From assembly GCA_047967505.1 (NCBI GenBank), contig CM106538.1: 64,000 nucleotides of DNA; one strand, 5' to 3'. Of this stretch, positions 61,394 to 64,000 are shown one piece after another; within the stretch, counting starts at the first letter, position 1; each line of letters starts with the position of its first letter. Both the position numbers and the translations under genes were made by a program. The stretch comes from Dipteris shenzhenensis. Its lineage: Eukaryota. A model generated the notes under the pieces. That model worked only from the letters and a program-made list of their open reading frames with translations, was not told the DNA's origin and ran no database searches.

Positions 61394-64000
61394 AGTTTAG
61401 GGTTCTCAAGGCTATTTCTTAGGGCCTGATAAGAGATTGGCACCACTGCCATTCTCCTTTGTACAAATGTTTACCCTACTATTCCAGGAGGGGTTCCAAT
61501 CATCATAGGAGAGTGGTGTCCTAATCCATTCCACATGTGAGTTTGATGATCTCAGAGATTGAAACAATTCCATATGATCTCTACACAGCGGAGACAGTGA
61601 TCACTATATAGAAGAATGCACATGTGAGTTTAGGATTCCTTGTCCATGTTTTCAGGTCATGGTATGAGATTGGCACCACTACCATTCTCCACTAGTGGCA
61701 TTCTCCATAGAGATTGACAAAATTCCATATGATCTCTACACAGTGGAGACAGTGATCACTACATCGAAGAATGCACATGTGAGATTAGGATTGCTTGTGC
61801 ATGTTTTCAGGTCATGGAATGAGATTGGCACCATTACCATTCTCCACTGGTGGCATTCTCCACAGAGATTGACACAATTCTATATGATCTGTACACAGCG
61901 GAGACAGTGATCACTACATAGAGGAATGCACATGTGAGTTTAGGATTCCTTGTGCATGTTGTCAGGTCATGGTATGAGATTGGCACCACTGCCATTCTCA
62001 ACTGGTGGCATTCTCCATAGAGATTTACACAAATCCATATGATCTCTGCACATGTGAGTTTAGGCTTCTCAATGCCATTTCTTAGGGCCTAATAAGAGAT
62101 TGGCACCACTGCCATTCTCCACTTGTACAAATGTTTACCCTACCATTCTGAGAGGTATTCCAATGATCATAGGAGAGTGGTGTCCTATTCCATTCCACAT
62201 GTGAGTTTGATGATCTCAGTGTCATTATGTAGTTGCCAACATGAGATTGGCATCACTGCCATTCTCCGCTAGTGGTAATCTAGACAAACTACACCTATAG
62301 ATTGACATTCCACTAATTTTATTGGCTGCAGTAGGATAATGGCAAAAGTGCCAATGCACATGTGAGTTTAGGATTCCTTGTGCATGTTTTTAGGTCATGG
62401 TATAAGATTGGCACCACCGCCATTCTCCATTGGTGGCATTCTCCACAGAGATTGACACAATTCCATATGATCTCTCCATAGCGGAGACAGTGATCACTAC
62501 ATAGAAGAATGCACATGTGAGTTTTGGCTTCTCAATGCCATTTCTTAGGGCCTAATAAGAGATTGGCACCACTGCCATTCTCCACTTGTACAAATGTTTA
62601 CCCTACTATTCTAGGAGGGGTCTTCCAGTGATCATAGGAGAGTGGTGTCCGATTCCATTCCACACTAGTGGTAGTCTAGACAGCATGAGATTGGCAAGCA
62701 TGAGATTGGCATCACTGCCATTCTCCGCTAGTGGGAATCTAGACAAACTGAACCTATAGATTGACATTCCACTAATTTTATTGGCTGCAGTAGGATAATG
62801 GAAAAAGCGCCAATGCACATGTGAGTTTAGGATTCGTTGTGCATGTTTTCAGGTCATGTTATGAGATTGGCACCACTGCCATTCTCCACTGGTGGCATTC
62901 TCCACAGAGATTGACACAATTCCATATGATCTCTACTCAGTGGAGACAGTGATCACTACATAGAAGAATGCACATGTGAGTTTCGGCTTCTCAATGCCAT
63001 TTCTTAGGGCCTAATAAGAGATTGGCACCACTGCCATTCTCCACTTGTACAAATGTTTACCCTACTATTCTAGGATGGGTATTCCAGTCATCATAGGAGA
63101 GTGGTGTCCGATCCCAATCCAAACGTGAGTTTGATGATCACAATGTCATCATATAGTTGCCATCATGAGATTGGCATCACTGCCATTCCCCACTAGTGGT
63201 AGTCCAAACAAACTAAACCTATAGATTGACATTCCAGGGCCTAATAAGAGATTGACACAATTATATCTGATCTCTACATCGCGTAGACAGTGATCACTAC
63301 ATAGAATAATGCACATGTGAGTTTAGGATTCTCAATGCCATTTCTTAGGGCAAGCATGAGATTGGCATCATTGCAATTCTCCGCTAGTGGTAATCTAGAC
63401 AAACTAAACCTATAGATTGACATTCCACTAATTTTATTGGCTGCAGTAGGATAATGGCAAAAGTACCAATGCACATGTGAGTTTAGGATTCCTTGTGCAT
63501 GTTTTCAGGTCATGGTATGAGATTGGCATTCTCCACAGATATTGACACAAATCCATATGATCCCTACAAAGTGGAGACAGTGATCACTACATAGAAGAAT
63601 GCACATGTGAGTTTAGGCTTCCCAATGCCATTTATTAGGGCCTAATGAGAGATTGGCACCACTGCCATTCTCCACTTGTACAAATGTTTACCCTACTATT
63701 CTAGGAGGGGTATTCTAGTGATCATAGGAGAGTGGTGTCCGATTCCAATCCAAATGTGAGTTTGATGATCTCAATGTCATTATATAGTTGCCAGCATGAG
63801 ATTGGCATCACTGCCATTCCCCACTAGTGGTAGTCTAGATAATCTAAACCTATAGATTGACATTCCAGGGCCTAATAAGAGATTGACACAATTGCATATG
63901 ATCTCTACACGGTGGAGACAGTGATCACTACATAGAGGAATGCACATGTGAGCTTAGGATTCTCAATGCCATTTCTTAGTGCAAGCATGAGATTTGCATC
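61394..64000 (+). repeat. Satellite block 10 (continues past the window end)
   Basis: Forward monomers. Confidence 0.95.

Noticed and set aside
12190-63474. Dozens of Cys/His-rich 60-270 aa ORFs (MCILLCSDHCL..., MHWHFCHYP...), including 55020-55832
   Set aside because: They are translations of satellite monomers. The 155-bp period is not a multiple of 3, and stops and frameshifts vary freely between copies.
11460-64000. CRISPR-like appearance (palindromic 24-bp repeat at regular spacing)
   Set aside because: The intervening sequences are ~130 bp and are themselves repeated, there are no cas genes, and the context is eukaryotic. It is a satellite.

Overview
Eukaryotic, almost certainly land-plant, nuclear repeat DNA. 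The evidence is Ty1/Copia elements with tRNA-iMet primer sites, a GT-AG intron and CpG decay; a fern-like origin is only my impression. No intact host gene is visible. Layout: (1) 1.1-5.5 kb, a tandem array of ~700-800 bp foldback units with nested hairpins, microsatellite cores and junction loops in both orientations. (2) 8.4-11.0 kb (minus), a spliced, disrupted ~780-codon gene. By eye it has a ParB/Srx-like domain followed by a degenerate beta-class DNA methyltransferase-like region. Its intron and upstream flank carry a 22-24 bp palindrome. (3) 11.46-64 kb, a 155-bp-period satellite built on that same palindrome, with three monomer types, a 465-bp trimer, multi-kb higher-order copies and four orientation switches. 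The satellite is interrupted by five Copia-type LTR elements (one full-length, one Gag-only, three 3'-truncated), a 246-bp MITE with 8-bp TSD, and filler islands, one containing a Gypsy RT scrap. Most short ORFs in the track are repeat artefacts. All domain calls are by-eye motif recognition and need HMM or structure confirmation.
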